A stretch of 64,000 nucleotides of DNA from Perkinsus olseni (Eukaryota): NCBI GenBank assembly GCA_013115125.1, contig JABANN010000067.1, positions 1 to 64,000 of the forward strand, given 5' to 3'. Made by a program: the position numbers and the translations under genes. Below the pieces are notes generated by a model, which saw nothing but the letters and a program-made list of their open reading frames with translations, was not told where the DNA came from and did not search any database. Shown here one piece after another: positions 36,346 through 49,797 of this stretch (position 1 is its first letter; each line of letters begins with the position of its first letter).

Positions 36346-36669
36346 AGTACGGAAGTAACTGGATCAATTCCAAACTGCTACTAGAGTTAGAAAGCATTAT
36401 GGGAGGCCAGGAACGACAGGCGACTGGGATACAACTTGCCAGCGTCACGCGACGAGACACTGAAGGCCTCATATTATTAGAAGATACGAAAAAACGATTC
36501 AATCATATCTTACGTTCTTCGCTCCGCTTCAACCCACCAGCGCACGCCCTAAGTACGACCTTTTTCCGCCTTTGGCAGAGACCGGCTTTGGCTCATCTTG
36601 ATCTTTCTCACCGTATTATCCTTTGCTTACCCGTATTGCAACTCCGCGAGCAGATTTATCTTAGCAGTA

Positions 36670-37384
36670 ATGTCAGTAGCAGCAGCTGACCCAATGGGCG
36701 ACAGCTCTCCTGATGATGCCGACTTCCAAGACTGTGGCAGTGTGGATGCGAGACGAATGGAGGAAGAGTCAATTCAAGAAGATTCGCCGGCTGGATCGGC
36801 ATCACGAGGTGGTAGTAGGCAGAAAGTCGATGATCGAGAGCATGAGCGCTCGGATAACGGCGAAGTGAAACAGGAGGAGGGTGTCAATAATGGCGGCAGC
36901 GGCGGCGGTGACGCTCGTGATTCCCTAGCGAAGGGTGGGCACTCTTCGACGGACGTTGAGACGCCCACCGGGAAAAAAGCTGCCGATCGGACGATTCGAG
37001 CTGACGGAGAAGAGCTTGGCGGGAAAGCTGACGTGCAAGAAGATGATCGCGATGGAGCTGAGCATGAGGGCGAGGTTCCGGACCCCGTCAGCGCAATACC
37101 AGTGATGCCCCCACCCAGTGACTCTTCTGTCAATGAAAACGGTAGTGATGAGTAGCTCGCGAGGCTTGTGGATGCCACTGGTAGGTTTCCCACCGTTGGG
37201 GGAGGATCCGGTGGAGACTGAGAAGAAGATGAAAAAGCAGATGACTTGGGGAGAAACATGGCGGACCTTGACCCTGGCTCCAAGGGCTGCTGGGGTTATG
37301 ATGAAGGTGATGCAGAAGGGCAAGGGCTATCGCGCTGTGATACCTTGGGAGTCTCCTAACATTCTGATCAGCGTCCTGTCGTGA
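36670..37384 (+). CDS. Acidic low-complexity coding segment, possibly the N-terminus of the downstream esterase
   Basis: ORF MSVAAADPMGDSSPDDADFQ... rich in D/E/G/S; linkage to the esterase exons is not shown. Confidence 0.45.
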
Positions 37385-37959
37385 ACGTGTGCCCTCGCGC
37401 ACCCTCATTGTGTATGAAAATGCTTCGCTCTATCGCCGTACAGACTGTACGGTACAGTGGGTATTCACTGTAGATTCACGCGCCGCCGAGAGAGTTATCT
37501 GGGTGACGCTTCTCATAGAATCTCTGGAACGGGACTGGGATTGAATTTTGATGCTCGCTGGGGGTCAGGTTCCGATTCGACGAATGTTCCGGAGACCGAA
37601 GAGACGAACGTGGAACACCCACATGGAAACGTACTCGGGGACGAGGTTGCAGCATAGTCTTACCAGCTGCTGACGTCTTCTAGATACGTCAGTGTGATGA
37701 GTTCAGCGGGGAAAAACGCACCCCGGCACGACTTGCGAGCAGTCCGAGCTATCGCTAATACGACCGTCCCTAACGTCCTTCTCCCTAGTGGTGTGGTGAG
37801 ATCCCTCACTGCCTTCTAGTGATCAGTGGCTTGCTTCTTTTCAGTTCCGATGCAAACAGTATATAGCCTTTCAAGAGCGAGACATGGGGAATCGTCTGCA
37901 CCAGCCCGTTAAAATAGGTATGCCGTCCGATGAACGTTCAATAAGTGAATCCACGCCTC

Positions 37960-39459
37960 GGTAGATTGGATATGGCCGAAGAACGTCACCCCAGACCGAG
38001 ATCAGAGCAGCCATGTTCTCAAGGAGTGCCCCACACCAGAGGAGCTGCAGCACAATACAGTCATCTTGTAGTATAGCCTGCTTCGTTATTGATTGGACCC
38101 CTTTGTCGACTAATAGATACGTCCACGGTGGCGGCTTCTGCATGTGTAGTAGCGGTACGCACCGTCACCTCCTCTACACTCTAGCCCTGAAGACTGAGAG
38201 GTGTATCTTGTGAGTCCCAGGGCCCATATTGGAGCTTCGAACGGGGTATCCCTTCAGGTGTTGTGTGAACTATCGACAACCTCCAGAGATCAGCCTGCTG
38301 GAGTCGACCTCCGACGTGGAATGCATGTAGAGGCTCTCCGACCGACTGCCCGCACTAGTCTCCGTGATAGGTATCGGTATCTCATTTCCAATATGGGCGT
38401 GTCGCCTGAGCGTATTGCCATTGCTGGTGACTCGGCGGGTGGGGATATGGCCGTACTAGCGCTAGTGCAGCTCCGGAATAAGAAAGTAGTGACCAGAGCC
38501 TGCCGTTGCCGTTGACCATACCTAGGCCATTACAAGAACAATACATGTTTGGATCAGATTCCACTGCCAGGCTGTGCCTGTCTGATCTCCCCATGGGTGG
38601 ATTTGGCGGATAAGGTGGACTACTTCGATCAAACTCCGCAACAGACGCCCAGGGTAAGCCCCGAATGAAAAGTTGACAGAATGGCTCGTGCAGCAGAAGT
38701 GATGAGCCCATCGACCTGCTTCCTCTCAGGAGCTTCCTGGGTCGGAGAGTATCACCAGCAGCAGCCGCCGAGGTTCCAACCGACGGCGGAAGAGCAGTTA
38801 TGATCAAGGCGCATACACTTGCGTTGACTACCTTCCAGCCGATTTGGTAGGGTCGACCGAACTGCGGTTACAGAACTTCTCGTCGGCCGATCAGTCGATC
38901 ATCTCAGGTCGTCGACTTTGCGCAACTCGCTATTGGTGACATCTCTGCGGACGATCCACGAGTCTCGGCAATGTACGCCGATTTGCGTGGGCTGCCTGAC
39001 ATGCTGGTGATACTCATGATTCAACTCCTCCCTCGTCATTATCCTCGTCGCAACAGATACATGCGGGTCAGGCGGAGCTTCTTCTCCCTCAAATAGAACG
39101 GTTTGCTGCGAAGTTCTCGGCGCAGAAGTCAGATAGAGTTGAACTCGAATATCGGGAATTCGAGGATATGGTAATACGCTTTACAGCTTCGGTCAAATCG
39201 TTCCCGCACGACGGCGGCCTAGGATGTTGGCGAGTTGCGGTATTAATAGCTGGCTCAAGATTCTTTTGTTCAGGTGCATGTCTTCCAGTTGTTCAGCTTC
39301 TGCTGTGGTCCAGACGAGGCCCCAAACCGTTCATTGTCTGATATTGCAGATTTCGTAAGTTTTAATCCAGGAGGGCCTCCACCGAGCTGCTACCTCCCTC
39401 AGATCCAGCGTCACACACAGCCGCGTTTTGTCTCCGACAATGGCAACCCATTGTCGTAA
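37960..39459 (+). CDS. Alpha/beta hydrolase, HSL/GDXG esterase-lipase family (multi-exon, start uncertain)
   Basis: YVHGGGF oxyanion motif, IAIAGDSAGG nucleophile elbow, LISPWVDL, LRGLPDML, and a VHVFQLF His region. Confidence 0.88.
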
Positions 39460-39750
39460 GGAGCAGCCCCAAGTATCTCTACATTGTTATGGTAGAAGAA
39501 TAGCCGCTCTTGATTTCTGTCAACTTGCACCTTACACAAGGCCTGTGCGCCAAAGTACCATTTTTGAATATTGTTCCTCGGCTCTTATCGTGAGCAATAA
39601 GTCTTTAATAATAATTCACTTCACTCTCAACATCATTACCTGGGATCCATTTCGCGTAGTGTTCAACAGTAAATCAACTGTAACCTCTCAGCCTCCGCTA
39701 TCATCACCCTTTTTTACTCCCTTCTGTGTCCCTCCACTCATGCCCGGTGT

Positions 39751-41033
39751 ATGTCTCGTTATGCGCTTCTGGTGGTAGCTCTCCTCACTATCATTGCCTG
39801 CGTACGCGCCTCGGCCGAAAGCAGCGAGTCGCGGCAGCGCTGGGTGAATGAGATAAACCTGTATCGGTGTATCCACGGACTCCCTCCGCTGCTGTGGGAT
39901 ACGGGGCTAGCGGATACTGCTTCGCAATTTGCCGGGCGGCTGTCCACTACAGGGCAGTCCTTCAGCGATGAACCATCTCGAACAACTTTAGCGTTCGGTT
40001 TCGGTAAATTCCACTGCGGCGATAGATACCGTGAATTCGACCAGACTTGTGCTGTGTGGTTTTGGTACCTTCAATATCTCGACACGTTTGGTCAGGAAGG
40101 CTGCGGATCGGTCACGTTGGCTGAGAGAGCGTGGAGCCCGAGAGATATCGAGGACGTTAAAATTATGCTATCTGATCGGGTTCAATACGTTGGTTGCGCG
40201 TCTCGTGGGCACTTCTATGCATGCAAGTTCGACGGTAACTGCGGTGAGCCTGAACAACCCTGTGGGAAAAACACTACTGAGCTGCAGCACTGTGTTGACG
40301 AGGCTTGCTTCTGGTGTAGGGATAACACCCGAGTCAGCTCTTGTTGGAAATGGAACCCCTATGTTGATCTCGGAACAACTACCACCACCACTACTACTAC
40401 TCGTCCTCTCGTGGATGGCTCCAAGATGTATGTGACGACCACAAGTAAGTAGCACACACTATTGACGAATTCTGATAACTTGGCACTTACCCATTGTTCT
40501 TTCTGGAAACTGCCTTGGCTGCTTCCTGAGTCTCGCCTACGTCAGTTACCCCTTCGCGGACCTCGAATCTCCGAGGCCGAAGCACTCTGCCTACGACAAC
40601 GACAAACAGCACGACGGCTGTTTTGCCGACTAGCGGTGGGTGGACTGACAAAGACGGCCCGATCGCTATGATGGACGAGATATCGGAGGATATTGAGATG
40701 GATACGGTGGATTCTATGGAATCCCACAACTTTTACTGCGAAACACCGGAGCTTGCAACTGCGGCGCATGCCTTTTGTTCAAGTATCCGCCGAGGCTCAT
40801 GGTGCCAGCTGGACCAGACTCCTCCTACTTGTTTCGACGAGAGCCACCTCTGCGGGTGTTTCGGAGACCGGGATGTGCCGCGTGACTTTTACAATCCAAC
40901 AGGGAACTGCTCCGTGTTGGAATCTCATTACTTCTGCCAGGCGGAGACGCGGAATGGACGATGTAACTTCGGGGCTGGTCCGCCTTACTTATGCGAGGAT
41001 TCCGATACAAACTGTGCCTGCGATAGGCTCTGA
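39751..41033 (+). CDS. Secreted CAP/SCP (PR-1-like) domain protein with Thr-rich linker and Cys-rich tail
   Basis: Signal-peptide-like MSRYALLVVALLTIIACVRA; INLYRCIHGLPPLLWDTGLADTA; AVWFWY; VQYVGCA..FYACKF; poly-Thr; two similar Cys-rich repeats in exon 2; intron about 40444-40545. Confidence 0.78.
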
Positions 41034-42077
41034 CAAGCTTTGGTTAACAGCGATTCCAAGATTAGTTTGATTCAGATTCACTCCTTTGTCCAATTCAAAT
41101 CGATTATCTGTCTCATGTAGTGGATGTAACATTGCCATGTCATGCAGCGTCACTAAACACATTTCCCCAACCCAGTGCTGGCCGACTTGTGTTAAAATTG
41201 TTAAGCTTGGGTCTACCAACACTTGAGGCAGCGGATAACGAAATCGAGCATCCCATTTACGAAGCTGAATTTCCCAGAGCCGCGGAAACGAAAGGCCCAA
41301 AAACCATCCACGAATACTGGAGGTTTCAACGTGTATTGAAGTTCCCCTCTGCGAAATCGAAAGTTCTATCGTATCGGAAATGAAGTCACGAAAGAGTTAA
41401 GTGTGGATTTGAAAGTTACAGGCCGAAATTAAGAGTACATTGCCTCCGCATGTCGAACCTCGACTCGAACACAAGACACCCAAGGGTTCGGCTGTCATCT
41501 GGTACCATTTCCAGCTGGACCTCCAAGCATATGGGCTTTCCAGCGGGCTTCCCACTCCTACATGGGAAAGAGTTTCTGATTCGCACATCAACCCCGCCTC
41601 CGCGGATTTGTTGGTTCTATCTCTGAACGAAATACTGAAAAGGTGTGGATAATCCGAAATTAAGAATATGTAATTCTGCCTTCGTCTGCCAGTCAGGAGT
41701 TTAAGGTCGTGAGTCTCGATCGGTAGACGGCCTGCTATCGTGGGGTGAGGCTGATATCGACGGTCTCACCCAGCAGTGAGATCAGCTTGAGATCATCAGC
41801 AGCGAGATCATCAGGTCCGCTTGAGACCAGCTTTCGATTTACGCGCCACATTTCCCTCGCAGCGCACTCCGACACGACACTGTTGTGATGATAGTCATCG
41901 ACGTTGATATGTGCCAACGCGAGTCGATGAGTTGGAATGTTTTTCCATTCTTCCGACTCGGAAATTCAGGGCAACGTAGCATTCAACTAGGGGAGCCCGA
42001 AAGTACTCTCGAACACGACTTCATACACAGCACTGTTCATCCAACAACATGGGAGAATGCAACACATCCATGCCCAT

Positions 42078-45000
42078 CACAGATTACTCGTGTCGCAGCA
42101 CTTCTCAGTTATCTCCTACGGAAGACAAGAAGTGGATGATGCGGGTAACTACCAAGGATACTACGACTTACCTCGGGAACCTTCCAAATGAATATACCGC
42201 CCTCGTGCCCCACACTGACTATCATGCTCTGGTCGGGCGAAAGTGCCACCGAGGATATTGTACCACTATGACCAGCACCAGATAAATGGCACACGCCTGA
42301 CCGCGCGGAAATATAAGCAAGCTGCCTCCCGAGCTAAGTAATTCCCACCTTCGTCATAGTCCCACATCTTGACGATTCTATCTGCTCCGCCGCTCACGAA
42401 GTGAGAACCCGATCTGAGAGGTAAAATGCCCTAGCAAAAAGCCTACTCGATGGGTCGGCCGTCCGGCTACTTCGATATCGAAAGAGTACACAGCTCCGCG
42501 GTTTCCGATCCTTCCAGTATACGAATCGTCTGGCCGTCGAAAGTATCCCAATACGCAATTTTCCTGAGACGTACACACATGAGAATTATTTATGAACCGA
42601 ATGGTACTACCTGTCACTGCCGGTTGTCACCAGCTGTGTCTCGTCCGGATGGTAGACCAAGTTCTTGAACATAGTCGACTCGAAAAGGCACAAGGAGCGG
42701 GTACGGGAAACGAGATCCCATATGCTGCGGAGGACTCGTCAACTCCGTCGGTCGACCGCAAAATGGCTTACATGCAACTCCCATCCGAGCTGGCAGAGAC
42801 CGCCTTTGTATTATCCGCTGTGAGTCTGATGCACCAAACCCGTCCACGGTGTTCCTGTGTAAAGTGCACGTGTCATTTTTCCTCCAGGAGCCAGACTCAC
42901 CTTCAAGCTGGATTCCATCACCTGAGTCTGGCCATTCTTGCCTAACCTCCAGCATCTCACTTCCCCTTCCATGCCACCGGACACTAGCCTAAGATCGCTG
43001 CGTAGAGGAAGAGCGAATATGTTCCTTTCGAGCACTACTTTCCTGTATCGGAACTGCAGGTGATGGCAGTGACACCGTTCTTGTGGGCATCGTTGATAAC
43101 ATACAGCAGCTTACCGGACTGCGGCAAGAAAGCCCGGATTTTACCTGAAATGCGAGAGACTATGAGACCCCCCGGTAGGGGAACCGTCCACTTACCATCA
43201 TGCCATCCAGTGACAATACTGCGACCATCGCGGGCGAAGTCCATACAGTTGCATTCGATATTGGGGACCTGCGAATGCGCTCTCGCTCCATCGAAGAGGG
43301 AGAGTAGCGAGCACTACCTGTATACGCAGAAGCTCCTGTCGAGTCCTCGAGTTCCAAACACGAACCTCTTCCTTGCTGCAAGTGGCGAATACCTAACGCA
43401 GAACTCACAAACTCGGGGAACTGCTCCAAATCTCACCCACTTCTGAAAAATCATGAGGGAAGACAACCTGATTGATTGCTTCATGATGGCACGTGTTGCG
43501 CAACTCAGGAGTCATGACATCCTAACAGACGATACAATGCTCGAGAACGGAGATTTGTCAATCCTACTTGCGGGCTGGCATCGACCCAATAGACGTTGCT
43601 GGATGAGGTTGAGGCAAAGAAATGTGTACTGTCTTCCGTAAGAGCGATAGAAGTGACGCAGCCGAGCACCTAAAGGATGACACTCATCTTCTGACGACGA
43701 CATTGCCGCTAGAATTTGATTCAAGTGGCAACCGGAGCGGAGGCAGCCTGGAGGTTTCCTGCTTCCGTTCGACCAATACAAAACAGAATAGAAATAGTAT
43801 TTCTATTGTGTTCTGTATTCGAAGTTTCTGAAATACGCCAGATGTTGGGGACCGAGGAATCAGTGAACACAACCAAAGCCACTCGGGGCGAGCATACTCT
43901 TATCTAGGAGATGAAGCGAGGCGGTTGCGTAACATCTAGGTAGTCATCTAGTATCTAGTGCTAGTCTCAGTAGGGGAAGACCAGGTGTTGCTGCAACAAG
44001 ACTTGCAACAAGTTTTGCGTGAGACCCCTTGAAATATTCTGCGTAAAATCCACGAAAGAATGAGTGGAATGGAATGAGGTAACTGAGGACGTGAGCAAGT
44101 AAGCCTCACCTTGCAACTAGTAATTATCCTGAAGGTTCGAGTATCGATCTTGGCAATGGTTCCTTCTCCACTGCCGACAATCAAGTCACCTACGAAGGAT
44201 ACCATCTCAGGCGAGGATCTAGATTGCACGCCTTGGTTATGAGCTCACCGTCATCCAAGATCCTTATACAGCTGACGCCTTGACTAAAGCACTGCTTGTG
44301 GGGTCCGAGTCTCTTGTAGATACCGCGCTAGCAAAGCAGTACATCGTAGACGAGTTAAAAACACGAAAATTCTTACATCGACATTAACTTCGAGAATGTC
44401 GCCGCTCTGTGTTCCGCAGTAGGCCAGCTTGTCATCTTTCGAGATGCAGACTGCGGTGATTACCCGTTTGAGATTTCCTGAGATATCCACATATCACCCA
44501 TGCAGGACAGAAGCGGACAACGAAGGAACACTCTGCTACTGGATGGAGGTCTGACCCAGATTTCATATGGGTAATATAAGAAGAACGTAGATGGCACGTC
44601 TCCGATATCGATGCCAACACGCTACTGTCGCTCACCTGTGCTAACTTCTGTCGGATGAATCTTTTTGTTTTTCAGGTCGAGATGCCATAACCTGCACGAC
44701 AATCGTCACTAAGTCTATCACTCAGCGACAATACAGGGCTTCCCAACCTTCACTTCCACACCAACGAATATATTCTATAACTTGCCAGACGCTTGCCCAA
44801 TTGCACTTTCTTCGCCCCGCGCATCTCACCGGATATGATAGTTCCCCCCTGATATGAGATGAAGGTCGGAGTTGTGCAAAAATTTAACCGTGTGGGCCGT
44901 ATCCGTAGCAGCGGGTGTTCCACAGATGGGCTGGCCTGAACGGTGTTACATCGATGTGCAGCGTACGGATCCCCGCGTTCTACCGGATTGCACATCCCAC

Positions 45001-45666
45001 ACGACGAGAGCGTTATCATCCTGACCTCCCAGACTGACGAGGTATTTGTTGTTGTAGGAGAATGATAGAGATGATACGGCCACCTAAGACAAAATTCGAC
45101 TTCGGGAATCGCTCGTTCGGATCAACGGGCTTCACAGACGCCGCTGGTCAAAGAGACGCGGAGAGTCGACCCACCTTATGTAAGCTAAGCTTGTGCAAAG
45201 GCTTCCTTGTGGCGAAATCCCAGATTATCGCATCGGCAGGGAAACCCATAAAGGTCCTCTGGCCAGAGGCGACGAAAGCGCCGTCATCAGAGATTGTGAT
45301 GCAGTTAACCTGTCGTGAGAAACAGCGGCGTCTGAGCATCAGAGCACAGCTGAGTATGGGACCTGATTATCATGGCCGACCATGAAATCTTGGGTCCGCT
45401 CCAGGAGATTGCGGACAACCACTGTACCTGACACGACATCAAGTTCGAGCAAGCGGCAGGGACGCTGTAGCCGACGACGTACATCCTAGCGGATAAAGCA
45501 GGTGCTTGTTATCCGGGTGTAGCTGCATACCATCGATGACGGCACCCTTGAAGCCGATAACGGCTTGAAGTTCCAGCTCGCCATCTTCCACAGATCTCTC
45601 GATTTCTTTGCTCTCCTCAGCAACCCCGGCAGGAGCCTCAGCGGTCACAGATGCCTCGATAGTCAT
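42078..45666 (-). CDS. CFAP52: Cilia- and flagella-associated protein 52 (WDR16), WD40 repeats, multi-exon
   Basis: LELQAVIGFKG..LHPDNKHLLYPLGCT; VASGQRTFMGFPADAIIWDF..LSLHK; SLGGQDDN; KIRAFLPQSGKLLYVINDAH; GHSGTISSVALSPDQSMIVSVGHEGGIFIWK. Confidence 0.9.
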
Positions 45667-45999
45667 GATTGAGGATGTTAATCCAGCCGGAAAGAACATA
45701 CACTTCCATCGCCGCTACACAACAAGACGAGGAGTTGACGATTCAGATGGCATCAAGAGACGTCATGTTCGGAGACATGCAGACATCTTCGACGCAGCTC
45801 TTCAGAGGGGCTTTGCTCCGCCTCTCTGAACGAGCGGCCGTGAAACTGAGGATATTGCAGGGCTTGCCGTTGCATGCTCATCTCGACACTGACTGTTTAA
45901 CGATTCTAGGCGGTATCATCGACGATATCGGGTCCTTTTCGAAGTCTGCATGATGGTCCGGATCCGTTACAAGGAGCTCATAGTTCCACAGGACCCTTG

Positions 46000-47331
46000 G
46001 GGCTTCCCCCGACTCCCCACTCTGAAATCTCGGCATTCACAACTCGGTCACGACTCTGGTTGGTTCACATTATTGGAGGCAAGGTCTTGCGGAGTTTTTC
46101 TCAGGGGTATGATGAAGTAAGAGAGCCAGGAAGGCCAGGTGTAAACTCTCCCCGGCAGCAACGGGGCGTTCCTGTGCACAATGGAATGCCGGTAATCGAC
46201 GCTTCCCCACCGCAGCCATTCCGAGCAAACAGTCCAACAGTCAGCAGTGTGGCGAGCGGAAGTCACTGAAAAGCTCGTGTAACGACGCAGAGATTCTCAA
46301 AGCTCGCTGGCAAGAGGAGAAGGCTAATCCGTGGACAGAACAATACCAGCGCTGCGTCGACAGTGACTTCACCTATCTTTTCCGAAAGGAGGATTGGCAC
46401 CACGCGGGTCCATCGTGTACATAACCACCGGAGACTCATCAGAGTCGAGATCGTCATCAGCCAGTGGAGTTAGATACCCGCCTACAGACCACCGTCAGAG
46501 GACGACCTCCAAGAGAGTCAGCACCTGCTGCGATAGCCCCTCGAGCAACGTGCGTCCTCGGGAGAGGCTGCGGGGGCTCCTCGTCAGCGTCGACGACTAC
46601 TGCCCACATAAACAGTGCAGTTTTATCTGTAAGATTCCCTTCTGGCTGAAGTGAAAAGAGCACTGTTAGCCAATTCAGTTTCGAGGTCCAAAACGAAGGC
46701 CACTACCGGCCGACTTACCGCCCAGTCGCTCTGATTGAGGTACACCCCACACAAAACCTCGATGCTCCGCTGCAGCGCCCCGAAGGCACGGCTGTTATAC
46801 AAGCTTGGCCAGTAACGTTGCCGCAGAGTCTCGTTCGTGAATATCTGATTGACGTGCATCATTGATGCAGCATCAAGACAGCGGCCGCTCGAAGGTTCAC
46901 TTTCCACTGCCATTTCTGAAAAGATAGCGCCGATTTCGATGCAGGGTCTGTAGAGAGAAATGCCCTGTAGCCTTCTAGACCTGACAGGGCGTGCCTTGAA
47001 CGACTGATCTGGTAATTGGGATACCCAGTCCTTCGAGGTCTCGGTAAAGATCTGGTGAAATAAGATCCTCACTAAGAGTGGCGGACTGCCACGCTGTCGA
47101 CCAAAGATACTGTACAGTCACCGTCTCCCGGCCGCGCGAGACGATGAGGAAAGCAGAGGAGCTGACGAATGCCAAAAAGTTGGTTAACTTCATATCTGCT
47201 GTGAGCGCACCTAGATACCTGCGGCCCAGAAGAAAGTTCGGCTCGGAAAGTCCCCACGAAGCTGGATGGCAGGCTCTACTGTTAAATACTATCCTGCCGC
47301 ACTCGTCCGTGGGCATCTCCTCGAACTTCAA
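46000..47331 (-). CDS. Hypothetical multi-exon protein
   Basis: Consecutive minus-strand ORF segments with GT/AG boundaries; no family recognised. Confidence 0.35.
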
Positions 47332-48799
47332 GGCCGAGCATCATCACCAGCACCCGACTAGCGAATTTACCCAACGAAACAGTAGTGACTTATCAGACGT
47401 GGAGAACTTGGTAGAATACAAGAGTCTAAGCTGAAGCACCGAGTCCCTTCTTGGCTTGTTTCTGCAACTTCCGCTTCTTCTTCTCCGCTCGCCAGCCCCC
47501 TTCTAGCACTCCTACCTCGGGTATTGAGCAATCTTCGGCTGTTCGAATCTTGCCTGACAGCGAACCCAACTTGCGCGTAACTCATTACTCAAAAAACGAA
47601 GGATGTATTCGATACGTGTCATCTAAAGACTCGTTCGACCGTTCAAGAATTCAGTTTCTACACCATCTTCAGTACACAAAAGAACCCAAATGCGGGGCAT
47701 GCCACCGCCTGCCAACGAGTCGTGAGGCTATTCATTGAATCCTGACAGTTGTGAGTGGGAGATAATCCAGCCATCAACCGCCATCGATCCACGTCAACGA
47801 GCGTTGGAAAAGGCACAACAGCATCCGTGACAACGAGATCCACTTGGGATCCCCCCTAGTACCTCTCTTCCTAACCTTGCGCTCTGATGCTGCCAGCCGC
47901 TCTATCTCCGCAGTCTCCCGATTGATATCAGCTACTGTCATCTAAACCAATAGCTTGAGAATTTGATTTTGGAGGAAGGTTGATACTACTGTCGGATCGA
48001 CCGCCAAGCGGCGAGCTTCCTTCTCGTCAACTAATGCATTACGACCGCCTGAAAGTGCGGATGAGGCTGGTTCGAAGCAGACAAGTCTAGCAGCCTTAGC
48101 AGGCAGTCGCACTTCCCTTACGATGAACACTACGAATCGCTCTACGCTCGCTCTCAAAGGAAGAACCAAGGCATAATCCGACCAGGCACTACGCTTACGC
48201 GCACTGTGCACGTAAGCGGGCACATACGCCAGAGGCGAGTACGGAAGGAAACGAGCTTCTTACTTTTCTTCGCTTTGACCTTCTTCGGGACTAGACTCGA
48301 AAGGTCCTTAACAGTCTTAACTCGATGACGCTTCCGCTTAACCATCAGGAATCAGAACTGTTAAAGTCAGCGGTGGACACCCAGAAGAGCAAAACACGGA
48401 AAATGCGTAAGCGAAGCTGTACAATGAGGCCGAAGTGTGACAAATAGTAACGATATGGAACACGTGAAATTAAGGAGAGGGAGTCGATGGTGACGACGGC
48501 GTAGCAATACTCTGCGGCGAGGGGTTGAGTATCTGAACGGCACCCTACCAGGAGCATATCGTACTCCCTTTCCGCCTACCCCAGCCAAATGAGTATTGCT
48601 AACTTTCTCTGGTCGAGAAGACGATCGCTTGTTGCGAGTGCCTCTTTGCCGTCCTCCTCGAGTTTTGCGAACAGGCCTGAAAAGCATGCTTTCCATAAGT
48701 TTCCATACTATGAGATGCTTCTCGAGTTGTACCGATGTAAGACTTCCGCTTGCTGGTTACGACCTTCGTTAGTTGCCTTCTGGATATCAGCCATGCTTG

Positions 48800-49797
48800 G
48801 CCAAGTCGTATTGAACCACCTACACGCAGCGGTACCCCAACTCCAGTGAGAAGGTAACCCACATTTCCTTGATGTCGCTATCTAGCGCCTTAGCCATGCT
48901 GGTAATCTCATCAGAGTAGAGCCGACCCAGTATAACCCCGAGGTTGCTACGACCTAACAGGTATAGTGATGAGGCTTGTACGCGTATCGGGTTTGCCTAC
49001 ATGCTGGACATCGTTCCTCATTGGAATATAAATCGCACTGCTGTTTCTTCGGCCGAGGTCCACCACCTGACACAGGGCATCTCCCAAATCCCTAAGACCA
49101 TCACTCCAATACTTGCTGCCTTTCTTGCAGCCCCATCACCGGCTGATGCTGCTTGTTCAGCCGCGGCTTGTGCTCGTTCACACTTGATTTGCTTGACATA
49201 GTCAGGGTGCCGCACCCCTCTACAAGCATGTTCCCGCAGCAGACCTATCGAGTGCAGCTGCACGCAACTGCTGAGACTTCGATATTACTCGAGATATCCT
49301 CATCAATTCCCGGGTAACTCTCGAGGAGATTCGGATCCACCATCAGCGTGGGCCGACTATGTAATAACTGCAAAAGTTGCTGCTTGTCCCGGAGGTCGTA
49401 ATGAGGCCTAAAGTAATGGAGCATGCCGTAACTCTCTTCCGGCCATCGTCATGACCACTACCTGAACTTGTATCTTCTAGTAGTGGGGTCGTAGTCGATC
49501 TTTGGGTTATTCTGCAACATCCCAACCACTGCTGGCTGGCCTATAATCCTCTCCCGCGTTGTCCTGAGAACTTACAGCATCAATCACGTGCCCCTCATAG
49601 TAAATCTATCGAGTAGGTAATGAATTGAAGGTAAAATGAGAGATACTAACATCAGGAAGAACCCTTTCGCGATTCAGTCTGGGGTCTGACATTATCTTTC
49701 CGAGCGGCTTTGACTCCCCATCATAATCGACATAGTGCATGCTATAGCAAATTAATATGACAACCGATATAATGAGTACGAGTATGACGTCACGCAC
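48800..49797 (-). CDS. Hypothetical type II membrane protein (multi-exon)
   Basis: MRDVILVLIISVVILICYSM signal-anchor-like start followed by spliced segments; no family recognised. Confidence 0.35.

Noticed and set aside
36774-37283. Ser/Pro-rich minus-strand ORF
   Set aside because: Antisense of the acidic plus-strand coding segment.
48154-48696. Lys/Arg-rich short ORFs resembling ribosomal or nucleolar proteins
   Set aside because: No family recognised and no consistent exon chain could be built by eye.
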